From Coleofasciculus chthonoplastes F2-STO-03 (lineage in GTDB: Bacteria; Cyanobacteriota; Cyanobacteriia; Cyanobacteriales; Coleofasciculaceae), in the NCBI GenBank assembly GCA_040222015.1, contig JAVJWO010000069.1, forward strand, positions 32,001 to 96,000: DNA of 64,000 nucleotides. Reading direction: 5' to 3'. The position numbers and the translations under genes are program-made. The notes under the pieces were generated by a model. It worked only from the letters and a program-made list of their open reading frames with translations, did no database searches and was not told the origin of the DNA. Below are positions 40,980-51,587 of the stretch, one piece after another. Numbering within the stretch: position 1 is the stretch's first letter; each line of letters starts with the position of its first letter.

Positions 40980-42716
40980 ATGACAACCAAGCCGATTAAG
41001 TGGACGCATTTAAAATATCTATTTTGGTTCGGACCGATCCTGACAGTTATGGGAATTACCGCCCAAGAAGTGGCAGGTGAGTGGTCTCCTGTATCCTTAG
41101 CGCTGCTAATTGCAGGACTATTGATTATTGGCTTGTGGTTACTACTTCTGGATCAAATCGCTCCTGGTTTTTGGGGACGCCGTTCTACCCAGGTGGGAAC
41201 CAATGCGATAATCGCGACATTAGCTATGTTTGTGATTATCGGGTTAATTAACTTTTTAGGAGTACGTTATGGGGTACAAATTGATTTAACCGAAAACCAA
41301 CTATTTACCCTTTCACCCCAGTCACAGCAGGTGGTGAGAAATTTAGATCAATCGGTAAAAGTTTGGGTGTTTGAGAGTCCTGCTAATCCCGCCGATCAAG
41401 AACTTCTGGAAAACTACCGCCGCTATGGATCAAACTTGGAATTTGAGTTTGTTGATCCCCAGCTACAACCTGAATTCGCCCAAAAGTTTAATGTAAATTA
41501 TATAGGAGAGGTTTATTTAGAGTATGGGAATCAACGGGAGTTAGTCCAAACCATTAGCCAAGGGGAACGGTTATCGGAAGTTCAACTAACCAATGCAATT
41601 GAACGGATCACTGGCGATCGCACGGATAAGGTCTATTTTCTCCAAGGTCATGGTGAACGCCCCTTAGAAGCCTCAGACGAGGCGGGATTATCTCAAGCTG
41701 TAAGTGCGTTAGAGACGAAAAATTTCACCGTCGAACCCCTGAATCTCGCTGAACAGACAGCCGTTCCCGATGATGCGTCTTTAATCGTAATCGCTGGACC
41801 GAAACGAGCGCTGTTTGAACCGGAAGTGCAAGCGTTAGAAGACTATTTGGCGCAGGGGGGAAGTCTGTTAGTGATGATAGATCCCGATACTAATCCCGGA
41901 TTAGAACCTTTACTCTCTGATTGGGGAGTGATGTTGACGAATCAGATTGTGATTGATGCGTCGGGTCAAGGGAGGTTAGTGGGTTTGGGTCCAGCAACCC
42001 CTTTAGTGACTCAGTATGGCGATCATCCAATTACCCAAGATTTTGGAACTGGCTTTTCAATTTATCCCTTAGCGCAACCCGTGGACACGCAACCTGTAGA
42101 AGGGATTCAGGAAACCCCTCTAGTGATCACAAACCCCCAAAGTTGGGCGGAAAATACGCCAGAACAACAACCGTTGGAGTTTAACGAACAAGAAGGCGAT
42201 CGCCCCGGTCCTTTAGTATTAGGTGTAGCATTAAGTCGCCAAGCTGAATCGTCTACCGCTTCACCAACATTAGAACCGGAAACAACGGAGACTCCAGACG
42301 CTGAAGGCGAAGATACTGATGAACCGGAAACAACGGAAACTCCAGACGCTGAAGGCGAAGATACCGACGAACCCGAAGCCACCGAAACTCCAGAAGCCTC
42401 ACCTTCACCAATCCAGACGGATAAGTCTCAGGCTAAAGAAGACGACGCTGAATCACGATTAATTGTGTATGGTAATTCAAACTTTGCCACAGATAGTTGG
42501 TTTGATCAGCAACTCAATCCTGATATTTTTATCAACTCTGTGAGTTGGTTAAGCAAGCGAGATGCACAAGCGCTTTCGATTAGTCCCAAAGAACCCGAAG
42601 ATCGCCGAATTAATTTAACACCAGTACAATCCGGAATATTGGGATGGTTAGCCCTTTTAATTGTGCCAGCTTTTGGCTTTTTAACCGCAGGGATGCTGTG
42701 GTGGTTACGGCGGTAA
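40980..42716 (+). CDS. GldG family ABC auxiliary component
   Basis: DLTENQLFTLSPQS, FVDP, YFLQGHGE, IAGP; acidic 48-bp tandem repeat. Confidence 0.9.
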   Translation: MTTKPIKWTHLKYLFWFGPILTVMGITAQEVAGEWSPVSLALLIAGLLIIGLWLLLLDQIAPGFWGRRSTQVGTNAIIATLAMFVIIGLINFLGVRYGVQIDLTENQLFTLSPQSQQVVRNLDQSVKVWVFESPANPADQELLENYRRYGSNLEFEFVDPQLQPEFAQKFNVNYIGEVYLEYGNQRELVQTISQGERLSEVQLTNAIERITGDRTDKVYFLQGHGERPLEASDEAGLSQAVSALETKNFTVEPLNLAEQTAVPDDASLIVIAGPKRALFEPEVQALEDYLAQGGSLLVMIDPDTNPGLEPLLSDWGVMLTNQIVIDASGQGRLVGLGPATPLVTQYGDHPITQDFGTGFSIYPLAQPVDTQPVEGIQETPLVITNPQSWAENTPEQQPLEFNEQEGDRPGPLVLGVALSRQAESSTASPTLEPETTETPDAEGEDTDEPETTETPDAEGEDTDEPEATETPEASPSPIQTDKSQAKEDDAESRLIVYGNSNFATDSWFDQQLNPDIFINSVSWLSKRDAQALSISPKEPEDRRINLTPVQSGILGWLALLIVPAFGFLTAGMLWWLRR

Positions 42717-42889
42717 AGGTACATCTGTAGGGGCGGGTTTTACTACTATCTTTTGAAATGGTGCGTTACGCTAACGCTAACGCACCCTACACCCGCCCCG
42801 ACCGAGTGATATAAAATGTTCGCATCGGAATTATGTTTTTTTAACGCAGAGGGACGCAGAGGTTGACGCTCCAGGGACGCAGAGGGTCA

Positions 42890-42951
42890 TAACCAATGAC
42901 AAATGACCAATGACGAATGACTAATGACGAATAACAAATGACGAATAACAA
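42890..42951 (+). repeat. Heptamer short tandem repeat (AATGACN), STRR-like
   Basis: Runs up to the DUF4340 start; similar runs at 40741-40770 (reverse) and 61820-61850. Confidence 0.7.
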
Positions 42952-43857
42952 ATGAAGCTACAGAAGACCACTTGGGTTTTATTAATTGTCGCCCTTTTCC
43001 TGGGAGGATTTGTCTATTTTTATGAAATCGTAGGAACTCCCCAACGGGAAGCTGCGAAGGAAGCGGAGAAGCAACTGTTTAGTTTTGAAGAGGATGAGAT
43101 TCAACGGGTAAATATTTATATCCAGGAAGAAAGCCGAAAATTTGAACGGGTGAGTGAACCTGAATCTGGTTGGCGAATGACGGAACCGAAGGATGTCCCC
43201 GCCAGTGATCCATCGGTTGCATTCCTATTAAATTTGCTGGTTGAAGGAAAGCGCGATCGCATAATTCCCAATGTCTCCCCGGAAACCCTGAAAGACTATG
43301 GCTTAAACCAACCCCAAGCCATGGTAACGGTGCGACTTAACAACGATGAAACTCATGAAATTATTTTAGGAAAACCAGATTTTAATAATAGTTTTCTCTA
43401 TGCTCAAGTTGATTCATTCTCTGACAAATCCCAAAGATCTAATGTTTTTTTAGTCCCCATGGACTTTGAATATGCTGTCAATCGCCCCTTATCAGAATGG
43501 GAGCAAACAAAAGAGGAAACACCTGAAGAAACTGAGCCATCCGATACGGAAAACGAGGAATCAACGTCTGAAACAGAACCGACTACAGAGGAAACAGAAC
43601 CCGCTACAGAGGAAAAAGACCCCTCTGAAAACCAAGCTACTCCTAATAACTCTGATACTGAAACAGAGGAATCAACCTCTGAACCAACACCGACACCGGC
43701 TAACCAAAGTCCGTCCGCATCTCCCTCTCCTGAAAAGCCGTCCTCTTCTGAAGAGAAAAAGCAGTCAATAGAGGATGAAACGGCTTCTCCCAATGAGGAA
43801 ACAGAATCTGAAAATCCCCCCAATGATTCTGAAGAGGAAGACAGTCCGTCGGAATAA
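42952..43857 (+). CDS. DUF4340 domain protein with long acidic tail
   Basis: N-terminal TM, WRMTEP..VPA, YGLNQPQ; typical fourth gene of GldAFG-like operons. Confidence 0.82.
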   Translation: MKLQKTTWVLLIVALFLGGFVYFYEIVGTPQREAAKEAEKQLFSFEEDEIQRVNIYIQEESRKFERVSEPESGWRMTEPKDVPASDPSVAFLLNLLVEGKRDRIIPNVSPETLKDYGLNQPQAMVTVRLNNDETHEIILGKPDFNNSFLYAQVDSFSDKSQRSNVFLVPMDFEYAVNRPLSEWEQTKEETPEETEPSDTENEESTSETEPTTEETEPATEEKDPSENQATPNNSDTETEESTSEPTPTPANQSPSASPSPEKPSSSEEKKQSIEDETASPNEETESENPPNDSEEEDSPSE

Positions 43858-43916
43858 ATTTATAGTGTTTTCATATTGGCAATCCGAATGTAGAGACGTT
43901 GCATACAACGTCTTTA

Positions 43917-44113
43917 CTGTCATATAGCACTACGAGGATACGTTAGTTAGTCCCAGAGGGAACAGCGAACAGGGAACACTCAAGAATGTCCTAACCTGTC
44001 TTAGTACCGCTATACATTGAAATTGGGTATTTGTAGCGAGCAAGATGCAAAGCCTGCGGCATGGCTTCGCTTAACGCACTACAAGAATTGCACGATTATT
44101 GACAATAAAATTT
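43917..44113 (-). mobile_element. Decayed AGCTG-MITE copy carrying two nested insertions
   Basis: Reverse complement of the 48297 MITE, interrupted by a TAGC...GCTA element (43925-44012, TA flanks) and a ~26-nt hairpin (44049-44074). Confidence 0.7.
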
Positions 44114-44136
44114 CTTAATCTTATCCTCATAATTTA

Positions 44137-45231
44137 TTATTTGAGAGGATGAGTGATGAAAGCGTACCTGTCATCAATTCTAACTCTGGCTACCCCCTGC
44201 TGAAATGACCAAGCACTATCAAATTGAGGCTTGATGACTAAATTACCTATTTTGTTAATATAACCCCACTTGTCGCCTATTTTGATGGCGATTAACTCTT
44301 CAGAAAAGTCATACGTGTTATCAAACTGGGGAGCAATTAGCATATTTCCTTGCTGATCAATATAACCAATTTTATCGTTCATCGAGATTCCAGCCACACC
44401 TTGGACAAAATCCCCCGCCCAATCAAAATAAGGTATAATCACAAAGTCGCCTTGATGATTAATATACCCCGATTTCATCGCTTGATTTGATACAGACGCC
44501 AAGCCTTCGGAAAAAGAACTCGCATCTTTAAATTGAGGTGGAATCGCCCAATTTCCGGTTTTGTCGATATAGCCATACTGGTTATTCAATTTTACCGTAG
44601 CTAACCCCTCAGCAAACGGTTCTGCTTCCTGAAATTGAGGCGGAGTAATCCAGTTTCCGGTTTTATCTATATAACCATACTGATTATTATTTTCGACAAC
44701 TGCCAATCCTTCGGAAAACAAATCAGCATCATAAAATTGAGGTAGAATTATTAATGTGCCAGTTTTATCGATATAACCCCAATCATCGCCTTGTTTAACC
44801 GGAGCTAATCCTGCCGCGAACGATTTAGCGCCATCGAATTGAGGTTTAATTACCCAGTTACCTGTTTGATCAATATAACCCCATTTCCCATCAACTTTGA
44901 CTGGGGCTAAATCTTCAGTAAACGAGTCAGCTAACTCAAATTGCGGTTTAATTACCCAATTTCCGCTTTGATTAATATAGCCCCACTTCCCCTCCAACTT
45001 AACCGCCGCTAACCCCTGAGAAAAATCATGTCCCGACTTTAACTCAAACGGGAAAGTAAATTGTACAGGAACAGCATTTTCGCTAGAAATTCGAGAATCA
45101 TGGAAACCGTTGTTAATCGTTGATATAATTTGACATCCAGATAATTGAGTAACCAGCAAACCTAAGAAGAGACTGGTGAACCGAAAAACTAGCCAATGTC
45201 TAAACTTGTAATATAACAATCCTCTACCCAT
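44137..45231 (-). CDS. WG (KWG)-repeat protein, possibly a lipoprotein
   Basis: Repeated FSEGLAxVKxxGKWGYID..G..VI.PQF; LSGC near the N-terminus. Confidence 0.9.
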   Translation of the reverse strand: MGRGLLYYKFRHWLVFRFTSLFLGLLVTQLSGCQIISTINNGFHDSRISSENAVPVQFTFPFELKSGHDFSQGLAAVKLEGKWGYINQSGNWVIKPQFELADSFTEDLAPVKVDGKWGYIDQTGNWVIKPQFDGAKSFAAGLAPVKQGDDWGYIDKTGTLIILPQFYDADLFSEGLAVVENNNQYGYIDKTGNWITPPQFQEAEPFAEGLATVKLNNQYGYIDKTGNWAIPPQFKDASSFSEGLASVSNQAMKSGYINHQGDFVIIPYFDWAGDFVQGVAGISMNDKIGYIDQQGNMLIAPQFDNTYDFSEELIAIKIGDKWGYINKIGNLVIKPQFDSAWSFQQGVARVRIDDRYAFITHPLK

Positions 45232-45452
45232 GGGGTACTAATAACTATTTAGGGCTTGCTAAATAAGTGCTGCGGGGAGCAGGGGAAGCAATGTAGAGAC
45301 GTAGCATGCTACGTCTGGGAGCTGAGAGAGCAGGGGAAGAAAAAATGAAATTAGAGCTTAGCCGAACAGTAATAAAACCGAGCGTGTCATCAGTGCTACC
45401 AACCTCCCACATCCCCACCCCAATCTCTCCAATAAATCCGTGAAATCAGTGT

Positions 45453-46844
45453 TTATCGCCTGGCTACCCCTTCATTCCGTGCAGCTTGTTGTACGGCGGC
45501 GGAAACGGCTGTCACCACGCGCTGATCAAAGACAGATGGGATAATATGTTCAGTGTCTAAATCGGTCGTAGACATCAACGACGCGATCGCTTTTGCTGCT
45601 TCTAGATACATCGTACTGGTAATCACTGAGGCGCGACAGTCGAGGGCGCCACGAAACACACCAGGGAATGCCAGAACATTATTAATCTGATTGGGATAGT
45701 CACTCCGCCCCGTTGCCATAACCGCGACATCATCTAACACCAATTCTGGCTGAATTTCGGGGATTGGATTCGCCATCGCCATAACGATAGGATCTTGTGC
45801 CATTGAATGTACCATGTCTGGTGTCAAAACACCGGGAACACTGACGCCGAGAAATACATCCGCCCCCACCATCGCACCCGCTAAAGCACCACTAGATTCA
45901 ACGGCAAATTCCTGCTTTTGGGGGGTTAAATCGGTGCGTTTCTTGGAGAGAATGCCTTTGGAGTCACACATCCAAATCATCTTCGCCCCAGCTTGACGCA
46001 ATAGCCGCGCGATCGCAATTCCCGCCGCCCCAGCGCCATTAATCACAATTCGCACGTCTTCTAGGGATTTCTTCACCAGTTTGAGGGAGTTAATTAACGC
46101 CGCTAAACTGACAATGGCGGTTCCATGCTGATCATCGTGGAAAACGGGAATATCTAAGACTTGCCGCAGTTTTGCTTCAATGTCAAAGCAACGGGGGGCG
46201 CTGATATCTTCTAGGTTAATCCCGCCAAAAACGGGAGCGATATTTTTAACCGTTTCGATAATTGTATCGGTGTCTTGATTTGCCAGACAGATAGGAAAGG
46301 CGTCAATTCCGGCAAATTCTTTAAACAGCATGGCTTTCCCTTCCATGACGGGTAATGCGGCTTCTGCACCTAAGTTGCCTAACCCTAATACGGCGCTACC
46401 ATCTGTAACAATGGCTACCGTATTACTTTTGATTGTCAGGGAGTAAACCTTTTGTAAATCCTCTGCGATCGCGTTACAAATTCGACCCACTCCTGGGGTA
46501 TACGCCATGGCTAAATCGGCTTGGGTTTTCAGGGGGAGTTTGTTCTCGATGCTGATTTTACCCCCTCGATGCAAATTGAACGTGCGATCGTAGACATCGA
46601 TCACCTTGATATGAGTAAGTTCCTTAACTGCTTGCACAATCTGTTCTGCGTGTTCAGTACTCGTTGCATCGATGGTGATTTCACGAGTCGTAACTTTGTG
46701 GGTTTGGTGAATCAGATCAATCTGTCCCAGGTTTCCCCCCACTTGTGCGATCGCCTGAGTAACGGTGGCGAGCATCCCAGAGCGGTTGGGAAGTTGGATA
46801 CGAATCGTTAAACTGAAACTGGAATTCGGTGTCAGGTCTGCCAT
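45453..46844 (-). CDS. Malic enzyme with N-terminal ACT domain
   Basis: AYTPGVG, VTDGSAVLGLG, MEGKA.LFK, FHDDQHGT, GAGAAG, NQINN. Confidence 0.95.
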   Translation of the reverse strand: MADLTPNSSFSLTIRIQLPNRSGMLATVTQAIAQVGGNLGQIDLIHQTHKVTTREITIDATSTEHAEQIVQAVKELTHIKVIDVYDRTFNLHRGGKISIENKLPLKTQADLAMAYTPGVGRICNAIAEDLQKVYSLTIKSNTVAIVTDGSAVLGLGNLGAEAALPVMEGKAMLFKEFAGIDAFPICLANQDTDTIIETVKNIAPVFGGINLEDISAPRCFDIEAKLRQVLDIPVFHDDQHGTAIVSLAALINSLKLVKKSLEDVRIVINGAGAAGIAIARLLRQAGAKMIWMCDSKGILSKKRTDLTPQKQEFAVESSGALAGAMVGADVFLGVSVPGVLTPDMVHSMAQDPIVMAMANPIPEIQPELVLDDVAVMATGRSDYPNQINNVLAFPGVFRGALDCRASVITSTMYLEAAKAIASLMSTTDLDTEHIIPSVFDQRVVTAVSAAVQQAARNEGVARR

Positions 46845-47017
46845 GCTGGATTGATTTCGGGTCTCAAGCTTTTAATTGTAGACCCAATTCCCAGTTCTAG
46901 GGGAAACTATTGGTGAAGAGGTGCGGGGTTGTAGGGGCGGGTTTAACCGATAACGTTGGAGACTAACCCCTAACTTAACTAAACCCGCCCCTACAATTGA
47001 CTTATTACTTTTTTATT

Positions 47018-47452
47018 ATGGCAAGTCTCTATACTGAAATCGAAATTAATGCTCCCAAGTCACAAGTGTGGCAGGTTTTGTTAGACAAACAGCAGTGGAA
47101 GTATTGGAACACGTTTCTCTTTGACCGTGAACCAGAACAGCCCTTGGCAAAAGGACAAGCGGTGTCCCTGTCATTAAGACGATTACCCAAGGATGAAGAA
47201 ACGGAATTTGAACCTTTGATCACACTCTTACAACCCGAAAGTTGTCTGCGCTGGGTTTCATCTATTCCGGGGTTTCGCAATGAGTACGTATTTGAACTAC
47301 AAGAAATTGGTTTAGGTCGGACTAAATATGTTCATAAAAGCCGTTTTTCTGGGATGCTCACTCGTGTTTTTGTCCCCTTTATCCGTCAAGATGAACATCG
47401 GGGAATGCAACGCATGGCGCGGGAATTGAAGCGATATGTTGAGCATTTATAA
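47018..47452 (+). CDS. SRPBCC/START domain protein
   Basis: TEIEINAP..VWQVL.D...WN, C-terminal helix. Confidence 0.82.
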   Translation: MASLYTEIEINAPKSQVWQVLLDKQQWKYWNTFLFDREPEQPLAKGQAVSLSLRRLPKDEETEFEPLITLLQPESCLRWVSSIPGFRNEYVFELQEIGLGRTKYVHKSRFSGMLTRVFVPFIRQDEHRGMQRMARELKRYVEHL

Positions 47453-47503
47453 TTGGGGGATATATGGCTCTTGAGACCAAACGTTCTGCTATTCTCTAGG
47501 ATT

Positions 47504-48070
47504 ATGACTACCGTATTAAACTTAAAGCCACTGACGACAACATTGACGCGATCGCAGTTTTATCAACTGTGTGTAGCCAACCCTGATGTACCATTAGAAC
47601 GTTCGCCCCAGGGAGAGTTAATTATCATGACACCGATTGGTGGAGAAGGTGGTAGCCAAGAAGCCAGTTTAATTGCTAGAGTCGTTGTCTGGAATGAACA
47701 GACTCAGCTTGGTGTAGTTTTTAGTTCCCAAACTGTCTTTAGTTTACCTGGTGGAGGCGATCGCTCTCCAGATGTCGCCTGGGTGGAATTGTCGCGATGG
47801 CAAAGTTTGAGTCAATCGGAACGAGAAAAGTTTCCGCCGCTTTGTCCAGATTTCGTGATTGAGTTGCGCTCGCGCACCGACCGATTAAAGCCACTTCAGG
47901 ATAAGATGCAGGAATATTTAGCAAGTGGTTTGCGTTTAGGTTGGTTAATTAATCATCAGGATCGGCAAGTGGAAATTTATCGAGGGGGAACAGGTGTGGA
48001 CGTTGTAGCGATGCCTGTTGTGTTGTCAGGGGAAGAAATATTGCCAGGGTTTAGATTAGAAATTCTGTAG
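47504..48070 (+). CDS. Uma2 family endonuclease
   Basis: ERSPQGELIIM, RSPDVAW, CPDFVIELRS, KMQEY...RLGWLI. Confidence 0.92.
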   Translation: MTTVLNLKPLTTTLTRSQFYQLCVANPDVPLERSPQGELIIMTPIGGEGGSQEASLIARVVVWNEQTQLGVVFSSQTVFSLPGGGDRSPDVAWVELSRWQSLSQSEREKFPPLCPDFVIELRSRTDRLKPLQDKMQEYLASGLRLGWLINHQDRQVEIYRGGTGVDVVAMPVVLSGEEILPGFRLEIL

Positions 48071-48404
48071 GGGCGGGTTTAGGGATTTAATTAAAGATAT
48101 CACCGATAACCTTTCAACAAAACCCGCCCTTTTCCTAGATGTAGCCGATCAATAAATTCTGTAGGGGCGGGTTTAGGAATTCAATTAAAGATATCATCGA
48201 TAACCTTTTAACAAAACCCGCCCTTTTCCTAGGTGTAGCCGAGCCATAAATACTGTAGGAGCAGGTTTAGGGATTCAATCAACGATATCACCGATAAGCT
48301 GTTCGGCATTTAAACCTTAATGTCAATAATGGCGAAAGCATTGTAGTGCGAGCATCTTGCTCGCTACTAATACCCAATTTAAATGCATGACAGCTTAACC
48401 TTTA
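48061..48404 (+). repeat. Three tandem ~94-bp units each built on a REP doublet; the third is interrupted by a MITE
   Basis: AATTCTGTAGGGGCGGGTTTAGG...GATATCA.CGATAACC...AAAACCCGCCCTTTTCCTAG repeated. Confidence 0.85.
48297..48395. mobile_element. AGCTG-MITE, copy 2, with TA target-site duplication
   Basis: CCGA-TA-[element]-TA-ACC, compared with the empty site CCGATAACC in unit 1. Confidence 0.88.
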
Positions 48405-48539
48405 TGGTTCGTTACATTTGGCTAACGTAGTTTTATGGGTGAAGGTGTCAATTTGTCAAGATAGCGGTGATAGGAATTTTGTGCGATCGCTCCTGGCATA
48501 GTGGTCAATGTTCAGAGCGCCCATTTTCAGCAATTTAGC

Positions 48540-49631
48540 GTGAAAACCGACACCATCTTCTATAACCTGTTTCTTGAATTCCCAGGTATTTTATTTGAAC
48601 TCATCGATTCGGACCCAGAGGAAGCCGCCATCTATGAATTCACCTCCCGTGAAATCAAACAACCCTCCTTCCGGTTAGACGGCTTGTTCTTACCCACGAC
48701 GGAAGATGCAGAAAAACCCTTGTATCTGCTAGAGGTTCAGTTTCAACCCGATGAAGCGTTATACTATCGATTATTTGGTGAACTCTTTCTCTACTTGAGG
48801 CAATACCAACCGCCTCACCCTTGGCAGGTTGTCGTGATTTATCCCACTCGTAGGATTGAACGAGAACAAACATTTCAATTTGGTGAAATCCTTGCCCTCA
48901 ATCGCGTCACGCGCATTTATATTGATGAATTAGGAGAAACCTCATCTAGTTCCCTTGGGATTGAAATGGTTAAGCTGGTGATTGAGGATGAGGAGACTGC
49001 ACCGGAACGAGCAAGACGATTAGTCGCACAAGCTCAAATACAGATAGATGATCAAGCAACGCAGCGAAACCTGATCAACTTAATTGAGACAATCCTTGTT
49101 TACAAACTACCCCAAAAAAGCCGCGAGGAGATTGAAGCCATGTTCAGCTTAAGTGAACTCAAGCAAACTAAAGTTTATCAAGAAGCCTTAGAAGAAGGTG
49201 AAATCAAAGCCAAGTTAGCCGCGATACCGCGCATGATAGAATTTGGCTTAAGGTTGCCGCAAATCGCCCAGTTGCAAGATTTACCGCTAGAGGTTGTGCA
49301 ACAGACAGAACGATTATTTCAGAAACAAAAGGTTGCGGCTTTTATTGAACTATTAACGAATCAGCGTGACTTGTTTTCGACTCAAGACTTGGCACAGTTA
49401 CAGCAGTGGGTTGCACCTGTACCGGATCGGATTGAAGATTTATCCCAGGCGATCGCACAATGGTGCAATCAGGAATCCCATACCCTACAGCGTCAGGCTT
49501 GGCGTCAAATCCTCTCTGATTTATGGAAGGCGACGGTGGAAACCATTTTGAAAACCTACCCCAAGACTCTGGATCTGACTGCCTCTCCCGTAACTAAAGA
49601 AATGTTGCAACAGGGGATTAACGGGGAATAA
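48540..49631 (+). CDS. Rpn family / DUF2887 nuclease, paralog of 32583-33674
   Basis: GTG-KTDTIFYNLF, FRLDGLFLP, EVQFQPD; same length (363 aa) as the paralog. Confidence 0.9.
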   Translation: MKTDTIFYNLFLEFPGILFELIDSDPEEAAIYEFTSREIKQPSFRLDGLFLPTTEDAEKPLYLLEVQFQPDEALYYRLFGELFLYLRQYQPPHPWQVVVIYPTRRIEREQTFQFGEILALNRVTRIYIDELGETSSSSLGIEMVKLVIEDEETAPERARRLVAQAQIQIDDQATQRNLINLIETILVYKLPQKSREEIEAMFSLSELKQTKVYQEALEEGEIKAKLAAIPRMIEFGLRLPQIAQLQDLPLEVVQQTERLFQKQKVAAFIELLTNQRDLFSTQDLAQLQQWVAPVPDRIEDLSQAIAQWCNQESHTLQRQAWRQILSDLWKATVETILKTYPKTLDLTASPVTKEMLQQGINGE

Positions 49632-49638
49632 TTCCAAC

Positions 49639-50247
49639 TCAATTTTCATCCATTCCAATAAAACTTCTCAGAATTCCGATGACTTTACCCACATTTCCCA
49701 AAAAATATTCATTTAAGTCAATTGTAATGATTTGGTCTTCGAGTTGCATAAATTTCCAGAGACTTCCCGTCGTCACAACTCCATAAATTCGGGGAATGTT
49801 TTTTCCTTTTTGTTGATTGAACACCTGAGCCGCAATCATTTCTGCCATGCATTGTCCCAAGCCGGATTCGATGTTATCGTTTTTGGCTTCAACTAAAGTG
49901 ACGATGGGTGCTTCTATAATCAGTTGTTCTGAGGATTGACTAATGAGAAAATCGCAAACTCCATTTAAACCTCTCTGGGTATCGACGGTAAAGTCTTTGC
50001 CAGAAAATAAAGCAATGCGATTGATGAATTGTTTTCTGATTTCTATTAAAATAGGCATGACAATTAATTCTGAACGAGACTTTTCTGAATTAATTGCCAA
50101 CGCTAAAGGGATATTATAGTCTAGGGTTTCGGCTAGAAACTCGCTGTAACTCGCTTCTGGAATAGTAGAAAAAAATCCTACTTGTTCAGATAGGATAATG
50201 CCAAACTCTGACTTAATCTGGTCGATAGTAAATTGACTATAGGACAT
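49639..50247 (-). CDS. PD-(D/E)xK-fold protein (HsdR N-terminal-like cyanobacterial family)
   Basis: SEKSRSELIV, G.CDFLI, VEAK...GLGQC, YGVVTTG..W. Confidence 0.75.
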   Translation of the reverse strand: MSYSQFTIDQIKSEFGIILSEQVGFFSTIPEASYSEFLAETLDYNIPLALAINSEKSRSELIVMPILIEIRKQFINRIALFSGKDFTVDTQRGLNGVCDFLISQSSEQLIIEAPIVTLVEAKNDNIESGLGQCMAEMIAAQVFNQQKGKNIPRIYGVVTTGSLWKFMQLEDQIITIDLNEYFLGNVGKVIGILRSFIGMDEN

Positions 50248-50342
50248 TTGAATGATCCGGGAAAATGTACCATGGCTCCCCCAACTCAGAGACGTTCCAC
50301 CGGAACGTCTCTACAATCCCCCTCACCACAGCACTTGTTCAC

Positions 50343-51587
50343 CTACTGCTGCATTTGAGTTGGCAAAGCACCGGGTTGTACTGTCACCTCAACATTTTTG
50401 CGATCGCGGCGCAATTCTAGGGTTAAATCATCCCCGACTGGAGTCATTTCTACTACCTTTTGGACATCTTCGGCTTCTTTGATTGACTCACCATTAATTT
50501 TATGAATCACATCCCCGGATCGCAATCCAGCTTTATCAGCCGGAGAATTCCGCATCACTCTGGCAATTAGCACCCCTTTGCTTTCATCAACGACAAGACC
50601 AGAATTGGGATTTTTGTTGATGTTTTCTTTCAACTCTGGGGTTAACGTAACCATCTGAATTCCCAAAAATGGATGTTCGACTTTCCCGTTGGCGATTAAT
50701 TGTTGAGCAATCCGTTGCGCTGTATTAATCGGAATAGAAAATCCTAACCCTTGAGCGCCTTGAATAATTGCTGTATTCATCCCAATCACTTCACCGGATG
50801 CATTTAGCAGGGGTCCACCTGAGTTACCAGGGTTAATTGCAGCATCAGTTTGGATAAATTGGACGCGCTTATCGGGAACTCCTACTTCAGAACTCGAACG
50901 TCCTGTCGCACTGATGATACCTGTGGTGACGGTGTTATCTAATCCTAGCGGATTACCGATCGCGATCGCCCATTCCCCCGGTTTGAGTTGCTCCGAATCC
51001 CCTAAGGTGACAATGGGGAGATTATCGGCTTCAACTTTGATTACCGCCACATCGGTTATGGGGTCAGTTCCTAGCACTTTCCCGGCAAATGTGCGACCAT
51101 CTTTGAGAACCACATCCACTTGATCCGCACCATCAACAACGTGAGCATTGGTGAGAATCATCCCATCGGTGTTAATAATAAACCCCGAACCCGTTCCCCG
51201 TTCTACTCGCTGCTGCGGTTGTTCCGGAATTTGAGATCCGAAGAACTCGCGGAAAAACGGGTTATTAAATGCATCGGGAACTTGAGATGTCACAGTTTTG
51301 GAGGCGTTAATCCGCACGACAGCAGGTCCCACAGTATCCACAACCTTAGTAATAAAATTGCTGTTTTGGGGAGTGGACAGGTTAGCTGGAGGAATGATTC
51401 CTCCCAAAACCTGAGAGGATTGGGGAACAATGGAATTGGCTGAAATTTGGGGATTACCGGAAATGAAAGCGTTGGCGCCAAACGTAACACCAGCTCCTAG
51501 CAACATCAGGGATAGATAGGTGACGGCTTTTTTTACCGGGGAAGCGTCACTGTCATGAGATTTGGATGTTTTCGTGTTGAATACCAT
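50343..51587 (-). CDS. HtrA/Deg family serine protease with PDZ domain
   Basis: [30 protein letters not shown]. Confidence 0.95.
   Translation of the reverse strand: MVFNTKTSKSHDSDASPVKKAVTYLSLMLLGAGVTFGANAFISGNPQISANSIVPQSSQVLGGIIPPANLSTPQNSNFITKVVDTVGPAVVRINASKTVTSQVPDAFNNPFFREFFGSQIPEQPQQRVERGTGSGFIINTDGMILTNAHVVDGADQVDVVLKDGRTFAGKVLGTDPITDVAVIKVEADNLPIVTLGDSEQLKPGEWAIAIGNPLGLDNTVTTGIISATGRSSSEVGVPDKRVQFIQTDAAINPGNSGGPLLNASGEVIGMNTAIIQGAQGLGFSIPINTAQRIAQQLIANGKVEHPFLGIQMVTLTPELKENINKNPNSGLVVDESKGVLIARVMRNSPADKAGLRSGDVIHKINGESIKEAEDVQKVVEMTPVGDDLTLELRRDRKNVEVTVQPGALPTQMQQ

Noticed and set aside
48061..48404. Regularly spaced repeats resembling a CRISPR array
   Set aside because: The sequences between the palindromic arms are near-identical rather than unique spacers, the unit is ~94 bp, and there are no cas genes.
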